Positions 34,558 to 45,872 of a DNA stretch of 64,000 nucleotides are shown here, piece after piece. The stretch is from NCBI GenBank assembly GCA_037142615.1, contig JBAXAI010000001.1:1-64000 (forward strand), in the 5' to 3' direction. The position numbers and the translations under genes are program-made. Under the pieces are notes generated by a model. The model was not told where the DNA came from, made no database searches, and was given only the letters and a program-made list of their open reading frames with translations. Every line of letters begins with the position of its first letter. The stretch's first letter is position 1. Source of the stretch: Spirochaetales bacterium (lineage in GTDB: Bacteria; Spirochaetota; Spirochaetia; JABEVK01).

Positions 34558-35193
34558 ATGCCAGAAAAGACGCTTCTGTACGTGATGGATCCTTTGTGCG
34601 GCTGGTGCTACGGGTTTTCGCCGGTGATCCAACAGCTGCACGACGCGACCAAACGGAGAACCAGTTGGATGGTGTTTTCCGGTGGCATGGTGACCGGCGA
34701 CCGCGTGGCCCCCATAGGCACGCTGCGTGGCTTCCTCGAGCAGGTTCTTCCCCGCCTGCAGGCGACCACCGGGGTCACCTTCGGGTCTTCTTTTCTTGAC
34801 GGTGTTCTGGCTGAAGGCACAATGAGCCTATCGAGTCTTGAGCCGTCGCGTGCTTTGCAGGCGGTCAAAATCCTGGCCCCCGATCGCGCGCTGTCCTTCG
34901 CTCACAGTCTTCAGAAGGCGCTTTACAACGATGGTCTCGACATTACCCGCCTGGGGGTGCTCGGCGAACTGGCCGAGGCCGCCGGGGTGGAGGGCTTCGA
35001 GATCGAGTACCTCAAGACCGATACCCTCGACCACACGCTCGAGGAGTTTGCCCAGGTTTCCTCGTGGGGCATCACGGGTTTTCCCACGTTGCTCGGGCTC
35101 GAAGGCGACCAAGGCACCATTTTTAGCCGTGGTTTTTCGTCCTTCGAGCGCGTGTACCCGTCCGTCGAACGCTGGCTTGAACGGCAGGCCTAG
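34558..35193 (+). CDS. DsbA-family thioredoxin-fold protein
   Basis: DPLCGWCYGF; GITGFPTL. Confidence 0.9.
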   Translation: MPEKTLLYVMDPLCGWCYGFSPVIQQLHDATKRRTSWMVFSGGMVTGDRVAPIGTLRGFLEQVLPRLQATTGVTFGSSFLDGVLAEGTMSLSSLEPSRALQAVKILAPDRALSFAHSLQKALYNDGLDITRLGVLGELAEAAGVEGFEIEYLKTDTLDHTLEEFAQVSSWGITGFPTLLGLEGDQGTIFSRGFSSFERVYPSVERWLERQA

Positions 35194-35214
35194 GCTCAGG
35201 TACAATCGACCACT

Positions 35215-36275
<1,061 letters not shown>

Positions 36276-36279
<4 letters not shown>

Positions 36280-36998
36280 AGCTCCAAGGCGTCATTTTCG
36301 ACCTCGATGGAACGCTCGTCGACAGCGAGCCGAACTGGTACCTCAGCGACAAGGCCTTTGTAGGTCACTTCGGCGGCGTCTTCGACGAACAATGGCGCGA
36401 CCAGTGCGTGGGCATGGGTTCACGGGCGTTTGTCGCCATGGTCTGCGAAAAGTTCGGCCTGAAGCAGTCGCAGACGGAACTCGAGGCGCTCAAAGACCGC
36501 TTGTATTTGGATGTCGCCCGGGGCAAAACGACGGTTTACCCCGAAATGCTCAAGCTCGTGAAAGGGTTTTCTGCCCAGGGCATGCCCATGGCCATCGCTT
36601 CCGGAAGTTCCTTCCCCGTGATCGAGGCCATCGTGGAAGAAACCGGTCTCCGTCCTCTCTTCCAGCATTTGATTTCGTCGGACGAGGCGCAGCGGCCCAA
36701 GCCGGCGCCCGATGTCTTTCTTCTGGCGGCAAAACGGTTGGGGCTTGAGCCCCACGAAGTGCTCGTGCTCGAAGACAGCCAGTACGGCGTCGAGGCGGCC
36801 AAGGCCGCTGGAATGCGGGTGTGCGCCATTCCCTCGGCCTGGCCTGAGGGCGGCCGCGCCTCGCTGAGAAAGGCCGACCTGCTGTTTGACAAGGGGTTTG
36901 CCGAGTTTCAGGCCGAAACCGTGCTCGACTGGATCGACCGCACGTTTTGCCAGTGCGACGACTGCACCCTGTACGAAATGGGAGTCTGCCGCGACTGA
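36276..36998 (+). CDS. HAD-family phosphatase (beta-PGM-like) with Cys-rich tail
   Basis: FDLDGTLVDSE, KPAPDVF, EDSQYG; tail CQCDDC...C. Confidence 0.9.
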
Positions 36999-37016
36999 AG
37001 CGTCAGACCTCCGGGC

Positions 37017-37763
37017 CTAGTTGCCGGGTTCGAGAACCTCGATGCTCGTGGCACCGCTGGCGTGCAAGGTCTTGCTCTTGGGGTTACCGGCGTACTTCAC
37101 CGAGCCCAACCCCGACGAATCGACCTGAAGGCTCTCGCTGGCGTTCACCAGCACTTCGCCCACGCCCGAACTTTCGACGACTGCGGTCTTGCTGACCAGC
37201 TCCGATGCGTCCACCTGACCCAGTCCAGACGACCTGACGTGCAGCACCGTGGCGCTTCCGCTTGCCGTGATCTCTCCGGCTCCCTTCTGCAACAAAGTCA
37301 GTTCCTCGGCTTCGACGCTGGCCTGAATGCTTCCCAGTCCTTCTAACTCCAGGGTCAGGGCCTTGCCTTTCCAAGGCTGGGAGAACTTGGTCGTTCCCAT
37401 TCCCGTCCAAACCAGGTGCGCAAAACCAGGGTCGAGATGGACCCGGAACTCCTGGGTGCCGCCTCCCGGCATGCCTTCGGCCGTTGCCAGGATGAGTGTC
37501 GTACCGTCGAGACGGGCAGACATCGAACCTGCCTTCCCGCTGTCGCTGGTCATCACCACTTCGTGCAAAGCAACCGAGTCATCGAAAATCAAGTCGGCGG
37601 CTCCCTCAACGCGGATGGTGTCGAAGGCTCCCACCTGGGCTGTCTGCCGGGGCGAGGGGGCAACTTGCGGACCTTGCTTGAGCCACGGAAGATCAAACTT
37701 GGCCTGGCAGGACAGGAAAGCGAACATCGACAAAACGGCCAGCGCCGCAACAACGCGTTTCAT
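37017..37763 (-). CDS. GIN/DUF2807 head-domain lipoprotein
   Basis: Lipobox FLSC; repeated G.G.I beta-solenoid units; GSVKYAGNP. Confidence 0.8.
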   Translation of the reverse strand: MKRVVAALAVLSMFAFLSCQAKFDLPWLKQGPQVAPSPRQTAQVGAFDTIRVEGAADLIFDDSVALHEVVMTSDSGKAGSMSARLDGTTLILATAEGMPGGGTQEFRVHLDPGFAHLVWTGMGTTKFSQPWKGKALTLELEGLGSIQASVEAEELTLLQKGAGEITASGSATVLHVRSSGLGQVDASELVSKTAVVESSGVGEVLVNASESLQVDSSGLGSVKYAGNPKSKTLHASGATSIEVLEPGN

Positions 37764-37790
37764 ATGCACCTCGCTCACTAGTTTAGCACA

Positions 37791-39683
37791 CTAACCTTGG
37801 TCTGCCCGGGACACCAGTTTTGTCAGCCATCCGAGCAGAAGAGCCTCGTGTTCCGGTCGATCCCCTTCGACATCGACGGCGACCCGGAAGACCGGTTCGG
37901 TGCCACTGCCCCGCATCCACAGGCAGGCCGCCGTTTCGCCCGACGAACGCTGAAGCAGAATCTTCAGGCCACCGGTCTGGCGTCCCGAACGCAACGAGGG
38001 ACCGAAACCGGGTTTTTCGGAAACCCCTTCGTAGTTGACCTCCGACCAAGTGGTCACCCCCAGTTCCTTTTCCAGCCGGGCATGCCAGGCTGGCCAGTCA
38101 GCTTGGAACTCGCGCTCGAAGTTGGCCTTCAAACGCGCCTGGTCGGTCGTTTTGATGCGCAAGACGGCCCTTGGCTCGTCTGCCGAAGTCGTTGTCCAAG
38201 CGGGGAGGGTAGCCAGAATATCGGCCAGCGACGCCTCGACTCGATAGGCTTGGGGCTGCCCAGAAGCAAGGCACCAGCGTTCAAACAGGCCCGGCGTGCC
38301 CGGAACCGACTTCAGTTGCAGCAGCTTGATGAGGCTTCCGAGCGTGCTCAGCGGGTCGCGCACGGCTCCGGGGTAAGTGATGTTGCCGCCGTTGGACCCC
38401 TCACCGAGGATTCGCACTGTCCAGCCGTCAGAGCGCAACTGTCGGGCCAAGCCCACCACGTTGGCCTCGCCCACTTCGGCCCGGAACACCTTGGCCCCGA
38501 AGGCGCGCGCGATGGCGTCGATGCGCAGCGAGGTTGGATCGTTGCAAACGACGGCGACCTTGGTGCCCTGCGCACCGTAGTACGAAAGGCCCGCCAACTC
38601 GGACAACACGCACAGACTGAAAACCTGCTGCGCTTCGAGCACCTTGGCCTTTTTGGTACGGGTGTCGTACCAGACCACGTTTCCCCTGTCGCCGTCGCAA
38701 TCCGGAACGTAGCCCAAAGCAAACCGCGGGTCGTCCTGGGCCAGCGAAGCCAGCGTGTCGCGGCACAAGTCGAGGGAAGCGCCCTCCGGAAGGATGCGGT
38801 GCACGATCTGCCGGGGTTTTTCGTTGAGGGCCTGCACCGTGACTCCCAGCGAGGTCAGCCAGGCGCGGTCGATGCTCACGCTGCGGGCCGAACCGTTGAA
38901 CTCAGCCAGAATCCCCAGTCCCATTTTTTCTACCAGGGCTTTCACCGTCGCCCGGCGCTTTTGCTGCAGGTCGGTGTCGACTGTCAGCGTGAAAATCGTA
39001 TCACACAGGCGGCTGTAGGCCTCGCGCGAGGCCTTTCGTGCCGCGGGAATACCCTCCAAAAGCAGGAGGAGCGCCGAGGCAGGGGCCGCCGACAGGTGCT
39101 GGAGCACCTGGGCCACGGTGTCGGGATCAGCCACGTCGGCCCGGTAGGCTGCAATCAGCGCCTGAGCCTTGGCACCGCCCACGACTCCGCCGTCGGCGAG
39201 GCCGAACTTCACGCCGTTGTGACCAATGGGGTTGTGCGAGGCCGATACGTAGATAAACCCATCATGCCGACCTGAGGTACCCACGTAGCCCATGATTTCG
39301 GGGGCTGCGACGATTCCAAGGTATTCGCATTGCGCTCCCATGGCCACCAGCACGCGCAGTACACGGTCGGCCACCATCGGGCCGGTGGGTCGGCTGTCGA
39401 GCCCGACGCAGATCCTTGGGTGCATGCTCCCGGTTTCTTGGGCCAGGAACCGGATGAAGCTCAGTCCCATAACTGCTGCCAGCACCTGGTCGTCCTGTCC
39501 CAGTTCCGGGGCGGCAGACTCCTCGCCTCGCGGCGCAAACACCTTGCGCCAACCCGACGCCGACAGGATCATGGACGCCAGCGCCCCTTCCAGCGCTGAG
39601 GAACTCGGTCTATATTGAGAAGGCAGAGCGTCGGGCACCGGAAACTCCAGCCCGGTTTCACGGTCGAGGAAGGGTGTGGTCAT
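37791..39683 (-). CDS. Phosphohexomutase (PGM/PMM family)
   Basis: SASHNP, PDCDGDRG, RGSGTEP. Confidence 0.88.
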   Translation of the reverse strand: MTTPFLDRETGLEFPVPDALPSQYRPSSSALEGALASMILSASGWRKVFAPRGEESAAPELGQDDQVLAAVMGLSFIRFLAQETGSMHPRICVGLDSRPTGPMVADRVLRVLVAMGAQCEYLGIVAAPEIMGYVGTSGRHDGFIYVSASHNPIGHNGVKFGLADGGVVGGAKAQALIAAYRADVADPDTVAQVLQHLSAAPASALLLLLEGIPAARKASREAYSRLCDTIFTLTVDTDLQQKRRATVKALVEKMGLGILAEFNGSARSVSIDRAWLTSLGVTVQALNEKPRQIVHRILPEGASLDLCRDTLASLAQDDPRFALGYVPDCDGDRGNVVWYDTRTKKAKVLEAQQVFSLCVLSELAGLSYYGAQGTKVAVVCNDPTSLRIDAIARAFGAKVFRAEVGEANVVGLARQLRSDGWTVRILGEGSNGGNITYPGAVRDPLSTLGSLIKLLQLKSVPGTPGLFERWCLASGQPQAYRVEASLADILATLPAWTTTSADEPRAVLRIKTTDQARLKANFEREFQADWPAWHARLEKELGVTTWSEVNYEGVSEKPGFGPSLRSGRQTGGLKILLQRSSGETAACLWMRGSGTEPVFRVAVDVEGDRPEHEALLLGWLTKLVSRADQG

Positions 39684-39743
39684 GGGGATTCTCCAGGAAC
39701 CATCCTAGCCCGATACGGCAGTTTCTGTCAAAAAGAGGTAGTT

Positions 39744-41198
39744 TTGTCGCTCAACTGGACCGAGATCGACCGCATTCTGGCCGAACTCCCTTGGGAGGGA
39801 AGTCAACTCCAGAGCGTGCGGCAGTCCGACTATCACCACTACTTTCTCGACTTCTACACCCCGGGACGAGCCTTCACGGTGGTGGTAGGTCTGTCGCCCC
39901 GGCAAACCCGCCTCCACGAGGTACGCCAGCGACCGCCCACGCTCAAACGTTCGCCCCGGTTCACCGAGTTTCTGCGGGCCCGCCTTGTGGGCGCCCACGT
40001 GGTTGCGGCCCGGCAACTGGGGCACGAGCGCATTGTTGAGCTTCGTTTTCTTCACGCAGAAGAGCCTCTGGTGCTCTGGATCCGGCTCTGGGGCGGTGCC
40101 GCCAATCTGCTTTTGACCGACGGGCGGCATATCCTTGACGCCGCTTTTCGTCGTCCCGCCAGCGGCGAGGTGATCGGCGGCCTGTTCGACCCCGAGGCCC
40201 AGTTGGCCTCAGCGCCGGCCCGGGCTGAGAAAGTGTTCACCGCGCGCGACTTTGCTGACGAGCTGGCAGGCGAACCCGGGGCCAGCTACAACCGACTTGT
40301 CGAACTCCACTACCGTTCGCTGCCGGCGGTGCAGGTGGAACAGCTTCGCGAACAGGCCCTCCGGCTGGTCGAGCGGCGTCAGGTGGCCTTGGCCCAAGCC
40401 CGCGAAAAGTCGCTGGCCAAGGCCAAGGACTTTGCCCGCAGAGACGACTTCAAACTCTACGGCGATGTTTTGACCGCTGACCTCTGGCGCATCGCCAAAG
40501 GCTCGGGCACGTTTGAAGGCACCGACTGGCGCGACGGCTCCGCCTTTCGGCTTGAGCTCGATCCGCGTCTGGCACCCCACGAGCACGCGCAGGTGTGGTA
40601 CAAGAAGTACCAGAAGGCCCGCGACGGCCAGCATTTGGTCGATGCAGAGTTCGCTTCGCAGGCCGAAGAGGAGGCCCGCTGGGCCCATTGGCTCGAGGTC
40701 TTGCCGACTCTGGACGCCGAGCCCCTGCAAGCGTTTCTCGACAAACACCGGGTGGTACGGGGCGAGCAGACGATCAAGAAAGGCGAGGACCGCCCCGGGC
40801 TGGAGTTTGTATCGGGCCCTTGGACCATCTGGGTAGGCCGCAACGCCCGCGAAAACGATACCCTGCTGCGCCGCTGGGTGCGAGGCAACGATTTGTGGCT
40901 GCACACCCGCGATGTTCCCGGGGGTTACGTGTTTATCCGCTTCCTCAAGGGCAAGTCTTTCCCTCTCGAGGTTTTGCTCGACGCCGGCAGTTTGGCGGTT
41001 TGGTACAGCCGGGCCAAGGGCGAAGGCCGCGCCGACCTTTACTATACGTCGGTGAAGTATCTGCGCCGCGCCAAGGGCGGACCTCTGGGCTTGGTTCTGC
41101 CCACCCAAGAAAAAAACCTCACCGTGGTGGTCGATCCGGTGCGCATGGAGCGCCTGATGCGGACCGGCGATGGCAACAGCTCAAAGGAGAGCGCATGA
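39744..41198 (+). CDS. NFACT/RqcH (FbpA) family ribosome quality-control protein
   Basis: TTG start, SLNWTEI; Q...ERIV; VGRNARENDTL; DLWLHTRDVPGGYV. Confidence 0.88.
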   Translation: MSLNWTEIDRILAELPWEGSQLQSVRQSDYHHYFLDFYTPGRAFTVVVGLSPRQTRLHEVRQRPPTLKRSPRFTEFLRARLVGAHVVAARQLGHERIVELRFLHAEEPLVLWIRLWGGAANLLLTDGRHILDAAFRRPASGEVIGGLFDPEAQLASAPARAEKVFTARDFADELAGEPGASYNRLVELHYRSLPAVQVEQLREQALRLVERRQVALAQAREKSLAKAKDFARRDDFKLYGDVLTADLWRIAKGSGTFEGTDWRDGSAFRLELDPRLAPHEHAQVWYKKYQKARDGQHLVDAEFASQAEEEARWAHWLEVLPTLDAEPLQAFLDKHRVVRGEQTIKKGEDRPGLEFVSGPWTIWVGRNARENDTLLRRWVRGNDLWLHTRDVPGGYVFIRFLKGKSFPLEVLLDAGSLAVWYSRAKGEGRADLYYTSVKYLRRAKGGPLGLVLPTQEKNLTVVVDPVRMERLMRTGDGNSSKESA

Positions 41199-42574
41199 GC
41201 AGTTCAGTTTTGGGTCATACCGCCGGTTTGGAAATCCGGGACCACAAGGGAAAGTCTGTTCTGGCGCTCAACTGTGGCCACGCCAGTGATTCCCTGGAGG
41301 GTCTCAGGCTGGTGAAGGCCAGCCGGGGCAGCGGTTGGTTCTACCGCAGCGGGCACCTCGCCCCCTGGGAGACCAAGGGCGTGCTTGCCCACGAGGGTCA
41401 GCTGGTGGTTTGGGGCGAAACGGCTGGTTCGCTCGAAGGCCTGGAGCCCACGCCTTGGCCGCTGGATGGCCCCGATGCCTGGTCGCTGCAACGCACTCTC
41501 ATCGACGCCTGGACGGGCCTTGCTGCCCGCGGCGAACTGCCACGGCGTTTCGATCCCTCGGGGGTTTTGCTGGCGCGCGATGGCGAGGGCTGGGCTTTGG
41601 CGTTTGTTCCCCGCGATCTGGCGACTGTTCTCACTTCCGTGTTGCCTCGCGACATCCGGCAGACCTGGGAAGAGTTTCTTTATCCGGACGAGGGGCCCTC
41701 CTCGTGGCCTTTCAGCTCGATGGCTTTTTTGTGGCGCGCCGTCGAACAACCCTTGCCTTGGAGCCAGCCCGACGAAAGCTTCCTCAGGCAGGAAATCCGG
41801 GACCTTTCCAAGTCCCTGGGCGCCGCTGAACTTCCCTCCGGGCTTGATGAAGCTACCCAGGCGCTCTGGCTGGCCAGCGTGGCGAAGGTCCCGTCGACCG
41901 CTGAGCAGTGGGCCGCGTGGTCGAAGGCGCATCCAACCCCGCCCGTGGTTCGTCAACGCAAGGTCGATGCTTCCCGTGCCCGCTTGCAGGCCCGGGAATC
42001 CGGGCAGTTTTGGCGCCGCCGGGGCACTTTGGTGCTAGCGGTCGGCGGGCTCACGGCGCTGGTCCTTGTCATTGTCGGCTCTGTCGTGTGGGGAGCCTTA
42101 AAGCCTGATCCCACCGACAATTGGACGCCCCAGGCCGTGGTGCAGGGGTACTACGATGCGCTCGAGAACCTCGAGGTGACGGGGCTCGATAAACTCACCA
42201 CGGCCGAAGCTCGCAAGGGCCAAGCTGTGAGTCAGGACAGCGAGCTCACAACCAACCTCTTCGTCCTGATCCAGGTGCGTGTCAGCTACGAGCGGCAGAG
42301 TCCCCGGCTCAAGGCAGCCGACTGGGTGGCACAAGGCAAGCCCGAGCTCAAGTCCGGGCAAATGCTTTTTGGTCTGACGGATCTCAAGCTCGTCCAAATT
42401 GGCCCTTCCGACTGGAGCGCGACGTACATCCGGTGGATTTCCACCTCCGCGCCGACCGCTGGACAGGCGGCAGCTTCCCTCGGCGAAGCCCAGCACGATC
42501 TGCTGAAGCTGGAAAAAACCTGGAAGGGCTGGAAGGTGTCGTCGTTGCAACGTTCCCAAGTGCCCTTGCCGTGA
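41195..42574 (+). CDS. Hypothetical membrane protein
   Basis: ATGA-coupled start with GGAG; single transmembrane segment near residue 280. Confidence 0.7.
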   Translation: MSSSVLGHTAGLEIRDHKGKSVLALNCGHASDSLEGLRLVKASRGSGWFYRSGHLAPWETKGVLAHEGQLVVWGETAGSLEGLEPTPWPLDGPDAWSLQRTLIDAWTGLAARGELPRRFDPSGVLLARDGEGWALAFVPRDLATVLTSVLPRDIRQTWEEFLYPDEGPSSWPFSSMAFLWRAVEQPLPWSQPDESFLRQEIRDLSKSLGAAELPSGLDEATQALWLASVAKVPSTAEQWAAWSKAHPTPPVVRQRKVDASRARLQARESGQFWRRRGTLVLAVGGLTALVLVIVGSVVWGALKPDPTDNWTPQAVVQGYYDALENLEVTGLDKLTTAEARKGQAVSQDSELTTNLFVLIQVRVSYERQSPRLKAADWVAQGKPELKSGQMLFGLTDLKLVQIGPSDWSATYIRWISTSAPTAGQAAASLGEAQHDLLKLEKTWKGWKVSSLQRSQVPLP

Positions 42575-42603
42575 ACGGTCACGCAGGGTTATGGTAGGTA
42601 TCC

Positions 42604-43545
42604 ATGGAAAAAGTGTGTGATTTTCTGCTTGGCGCATCCGACCCTTCAGTCAGCGCCCTGTTCAAGGGGCTCGATCCGCAGTCCCAGAGGTCGGTTCAGC
42701 GTTGCTTCAATCAGGAAGAGGAGCTCTTCCTTGAGCTTGCTGAACCGCTGGAAATCCGTTCGCTCGATGTGCATCACGACATTAACAACGCGGTTCCCAG
42801 TCCCCAGTACGCCGCGGCCATCGATAAGTTGGGCAACGACCTGGCCAAGGTTCTTCCCGCTGTGTTTTCCGGGTTGACCTGGTTTTTTGATCCCCGCGAC
42901 ACCTTGCACCCCCTGTTTGTGCAGATGCTCAGCGCCAAAGACAAACGCTACCTCTATGTACTGCGCGTCGACCTGACCTGGAGACCTCGCCACGGCGAAG
43001 TTCTGGAACGCGGCACCAACAGCCGCACGCCCCATTTTCGCACCAAGGCGTTGTTTCTTGAGTCTGAAGTCTTGCCGCTGGCCTCTCTCGACGCCACGCC
43101 AACCGAAAAGCGTTTGTATCTGGCGAAGCTGTTCCAGAACACCTGGAAGGGAGAATCCGGGCGGCGGTATCACGTCGAAGGCCAGTGGATTGACCAGGAC
43201 ATCACCAAGTTTCTGTCGCGCATGGTGCTGACCCCCGGGCGGAAAACTTTCCCCTTTTATCCGCTTCGCTGCCGCTACAACACACTTTCGGCCTCTTGCG
43301 TTGATTTGGAGCCGGAAGGTCGCCGGAAGGCGGCCGCCATCCTCGACACCGCTTGGGGCCAGATCGCCTCCTCGTCGACCGAAATCCAGGATCACCTGCA
43401 GGCTGCGCCTTTTTCCGAGGACCTGCCGCTGTTTCAGCGTCTGCGCGAGGTGTGCCGTCCGCTGGTGGAACCCCGCTTGGGCGACTACCGGCTGGAGCCC
43501 TATTTGAACGCCGACGAGCAGAAGGAATACCGGTACCATGGCTGA
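42604..43545 (+). CDS. Hypothetical protein
   Basis: 313 aa ORF overlapping the murD start; natural composition. Confidence 0.75.
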   Translation: MEKVCDFLLGASDPSVSALFKGLDPQSQRSVQRCFNQEEELFLELAEPLEIRSLDVHHDINNAVPSPQYAAAIDKLGNDLAKVLPAVFSGLTWFFDPRDTLHPLFVQMLSAKDKRYLYVLRVDLTWRPRHGEVLERGTNSRTPHFRTKALFLESEVLPLASLDATPTEKRLYLAKLFQNTWKGESGRRYHVEGQWIDQDITKFLSRMVLTPGRKTFPFYPLRCRYNTLSASCVDLEPEGRRKAAAILDTAWGQIASSSTEIQDHLQAAPFSEDLPLFQRLREVCRPLVEPRLGDYRLEPYLNADEQKEYRYHG

Positions 43546-44995
43546 GGCCCGCTATGACGGCCTCAAAGTGACCGTCATGGGGCTGGGCCTCAATGGCGGC
43601 GGCTTGGCGAGCACTCGCTACTTCGCCTCGCGCGGTGCCAAGGTGACCGTCACCGACCTGCGGCTGGAAGAAGTCCTCGAACCCACCTTGACCCAATTGC
43701 AGGGCTTGGATCTGCGTTTCGTTCTTGGTCGTCACGAAGAAGAAGACTTTCGCTCGGCCGATCTGGTCGTGAAGAACCCCGCCGTTCGGCCCGGCAACCC
43801 GTTCCTTGCGCTGGCAAAGCGCGTCGAAACCGATCTGAGCGTCTTCCTTGCCGCTTTGGCCGAACCCGACCGCAAGAATCCTGTGCTGGCCGTCACCGGG
43901 AGCAAGGGCAAATCGACCACGGCCACAGCGCTCCACGCCCTGCTGAGTTCCCAGAACCCTGGGGCCCGCCTGGGTGGCAACATCACGGTTTCACCGCTGA
44001 GCTTTCTTGACGAGCTGCAGCCCGGGGCCCCGGTCGTCCTGGAACTGTCTTCCTGGCAGTTGGCCGACCTGAAAGGCCGTGGCCTGCTCAGGCCCCAGGT
44101 GGCTGCCGTGACCAACTTGCTGTGGGACCACATGAATGCCTACGCGACGCAAGAAGCCTACGCCGATGACAAGGCTGTGGTGTTCGAAGGCCTGACACCC
44201 CAGGCCTGGTCGCTCGTGAACGTCGATTCGCCGTGGGGTGGGTGGTTCTCGGCGCGAAGCTTTGGCCGCCGGGCCTTGCTGAGCGCCTGCGGAAGACCCG
44301 AGGGTATTGCCGCGGCCCGCTTCTGGCTCGAGCCGTCCGGTCTGGAGGGTTTTGGCGAATGGACGGATGCCAACGGTCTGAACCGCACCGCCCAACTGCT
44401 CCCGACCCAACTCCTTGTGCCCGGCGCTCCGTTCCGCCAGAACTGCCTGATGGCAGCAGCGATGGCCGTGCTTTGGAATATCGACCCGGCGCTCGTGCCG
44501 GGCACGCTGGCCGGCTTTGGTGGCGTCGAGCACCGCCTGGAAAAGTTCCATACTTGGCAAGGGATTGACTTCTACAACGACACCACCGCGACGATTCCCG
44601 AAGCGGCTGCGGCTTCAGTTGCCGCGTTCGCCAACGTTTCTCAGGCCGGGGCTTTGTACCCGAGCCCCGTGCATTGGATCGGAGGCGGTACCGACAAAAA
44701 TCTCGACCTGAGCGCCTTTGAAACGATGTCCCGACCCGCTTCGGTCACTCTGCTCCGGGGTTCGGCGACCGACCGGATCTTGCCCCTGCTTCACGCCCGG
44801 GGTTGGGTCTGCAATGGACCTTTCAGCTCGCTGGAAGAGGCCCTCGATGCCCTTGCTCCCCTCGCAAAACCAGGCAGCGTCGTCTTGCTTTCGCCGGGAG
44901 CTGCCTCGTTCGAACTGTTCAAGAACGAGTTCGACCGAGGCAACACCTTCAAAGCACTGGTACGGGCCCGGCTTCCCGGACCCACCACCGGCTAG
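43538..44995 (+). CDS. murD: UDP-N-acetylmuramoyl-L-alanine--D-glutamate ligase
   Basis: MGLG..GGG, VTGSKGKSTT, GGNI, LELSSWQL, HRLE, VLLSPGAASF..FKN..DRG. Confidence 0.93.
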   Translation: MAEARYDGLKVTVMGLGLNGGGLASTRYFASRGAKVTVTDLRLEEVLEPTLTQLQGLDLRFVLGRHEEEDFRSADLVVKNPAVRPGNPFLALAKRVETDLSVFLAALAEPDRKNPVLAVTGSKGKSTTATALHALLSSQNPGARLGGNITVSPLSFLDELQPGAPVVLELSSWQLADLKGRGLLRPQVAAVTNLLWDHMNAYATQEAYADDKAVVFEGLTPQAWSLVNVDSPWGGWFSARSFGRRALLSACGRPEGIAAARFWLEPSGLEGFGEWTDANGLNRTAQLLPTQLLVPGAPFRQNCLMAAAMAVLWNIDPALVPGTLAGFGGVEHRLEKFHTWQGIDFYNDTTATIPEAAAASVAAFANVSQAGALYPSPVHWIGGGTDKNLDLSAFETMSRPASVTLLRGSATDRILPLLHARGWVCNGPFSSLEEALDALAPLAKPGSVVLLSPGAASFELFKNEFDRGNTFKALVRARLPGPTTG

Positions 44996-45870
44996 CCTTT
45001 TACTGCGCCGGCCGACACGCCTTCCGTGATTTGGCGTTGGAACACGAGGTAGAACAGCAACATCGGTGCCATGCCGATCACCAGCGCGGCAAATTGCTTG
45101 CCGTAGTCCGACGACAGCGTGCCCGAAAACCGGTAAATCCCCAGCGGCAGCGACTTTGTCTCGTTGGTGCTGGTGAGCACGCTGACGAGCATGAACTCGT
45201 TCCAGGTGCCGGTGATGTTCAAAATGGCCAGAGTCATGATGACCGGTTGCGTCATAGGCAGAATCAGCTGCCAGAACACCCGGTAAAGCCCCGCACCGTC
45301 GATGCGGGCGGCCTCCACCAGCGAAGTCGGTATCGATTTGATGTACTCGGTGCACAGATAGATGCCCATGGGCATGCCCAAACCAATGTAGGCAATCAAT
45401 ACGGCCAGCCGCTCGCCGTTGGGGCCCAGCGGTCCGTTGGCGCTCAGCCCAACCATGTTGAGCAGCAAATACAGCGGAATCATGATCGACTGCAGCGTCA
45501 GCAAAATGCCGATGACGAACGAGCCGTAGATCGGTTTGGTGGCCTTGGACGGAATCTTGGCAAAGGCGAAGCCCGCCAAACAGCTGAGCATGATGATGCC
45601 CAGGGTGGTCGCCGCCGTGTAGAACACGGAGTTGAAGATGAGCTTGTCGAACTCACCGATGTCCCAGGCTCCGGGGTAGTTGACGAAAGTGAAGTCCTTG
45701 GGCAAACCGATGCGGTTGGCCTGGAACTCCTTGGTATCCTTGAACGAATTGATGATGAGCCAAATGATGGGGTAGATGGTCATCACCGTGAACAGTCCCA
45801 TCACGCCGTACGACGCCACGCTGCCGGCGATTTGCCCCGTCCGGCCAACCAGGTTCTTCTTGTCTGCCAT
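44992..45870 (-). CDS. Carbohydrate ABC transporter permease
   Basis: EAARIDGA loop; ends GVSAGAVKG. Confidence 0.93.
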   Translation of the reverse strand: MADKKNLVGRTGQIAGSVASYGVMGLFTVMTIYPIIWLIINSFKDTKEFQANRIGLPKDFTFVNYPGAWDIGEFDKLIFNSVFYTAATTLGIIMLSCLAGFAFAKIPSKATKPIYGSFVIGILLTLQSIMIPLYLLLNMVGLSANGPLGPNGERLAVLIAYIGLGMPMGIYLCTEYIKSIPTSLVEAARIDGAGLYRVFWQLILPMTQPVIMTLAILNITGTWNEFMLVSVLTSTNETKSLPLGIYRFSGTLSSDYGKQFAALVIGMAPMLLFYLVFQRQITEGVSAGAVKG

Positions 45871-45872
45871 GA

